A stretch of 64,000 nucleotides of DNA from assembly GCA_002269645.1 (NCBI GenBank), contig NIVC01001462.1, forward strand, positions 124,001-188,000, read 5' to 3'. Under the pieces are notes generated by a model. That model worked only from the letters and a program-made list of their open reading frames with translations, ran no database searches and was not told the origin of the DNA. The DNA comes from Macrostomum lignano. Lineage: Eukaryota. Of this stretch, positions 63,861 through 64,000 are shown one piece after another; position 1 is the first letter of the stretch; every line of letters begins with the position of its first letter. The position numbers and the translations under genes were made by a program.

Positions 63861-64000
63861 TTCCATTATATTTATCTTGCCCCGGGTGATAAACGCGTTT
63901 ATTTCCCGCTCGCCGGGGAGGGGGGCAAATAAAACTTTATATTTAATCATTGACAAAATCGAAAATTACTGCAAATTAAACAGATTAAACAAGGAAAAGT

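Overview
This is eukaryotic genomic DNA from an invertebrate-type metazoan: it has spliceosomal introns and TTAGGG repeats, and no prokaryotic operons or CRISPR arrays. Host-like genes lie in the first 30 kb. One is a 3-exon, divergent Rac-type Rho GTPase (115-4449, +). The others are three dispersed paralogues of a tankyrase-like ADP-ribosyltransferase (PARP catalytic domain, H-Y-E triad) at about 9.0-11.7 kb (-), 16.8-17.3 kb (+) and 29.2-30.0 kb (+). The rest is a dense, nested set of mobile elements: hAT and foldback MITEs, a mariner remnant, two solo LTRs, and a full-length defective Gypsy inside a Penelope-like element that ends in a hammerhead-ribozyme motif. A ~14.6-kb head-to-tail array of non-autonomous Helitron units with internal satellites contains a 5'-truncated RNase H-bearing LINE flanked by an identical 155-bp direct repeat. 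There are also RTE-like LINEs, a second Gypsy remnant and several Crypton (tyrosine recombinase) pieces. The most unusual object is a decayed ~990-codon reading frame at 47427-50392. It fuses a PIF/Harbinger-ISL2EU-type DDE transposase (zinc finger, HTH, DDE, SWIM) to a complete USP/C19 deubiquitinase domain. All calls come from manual reading of the sequence; no database searches were run, so novelty is unverified.
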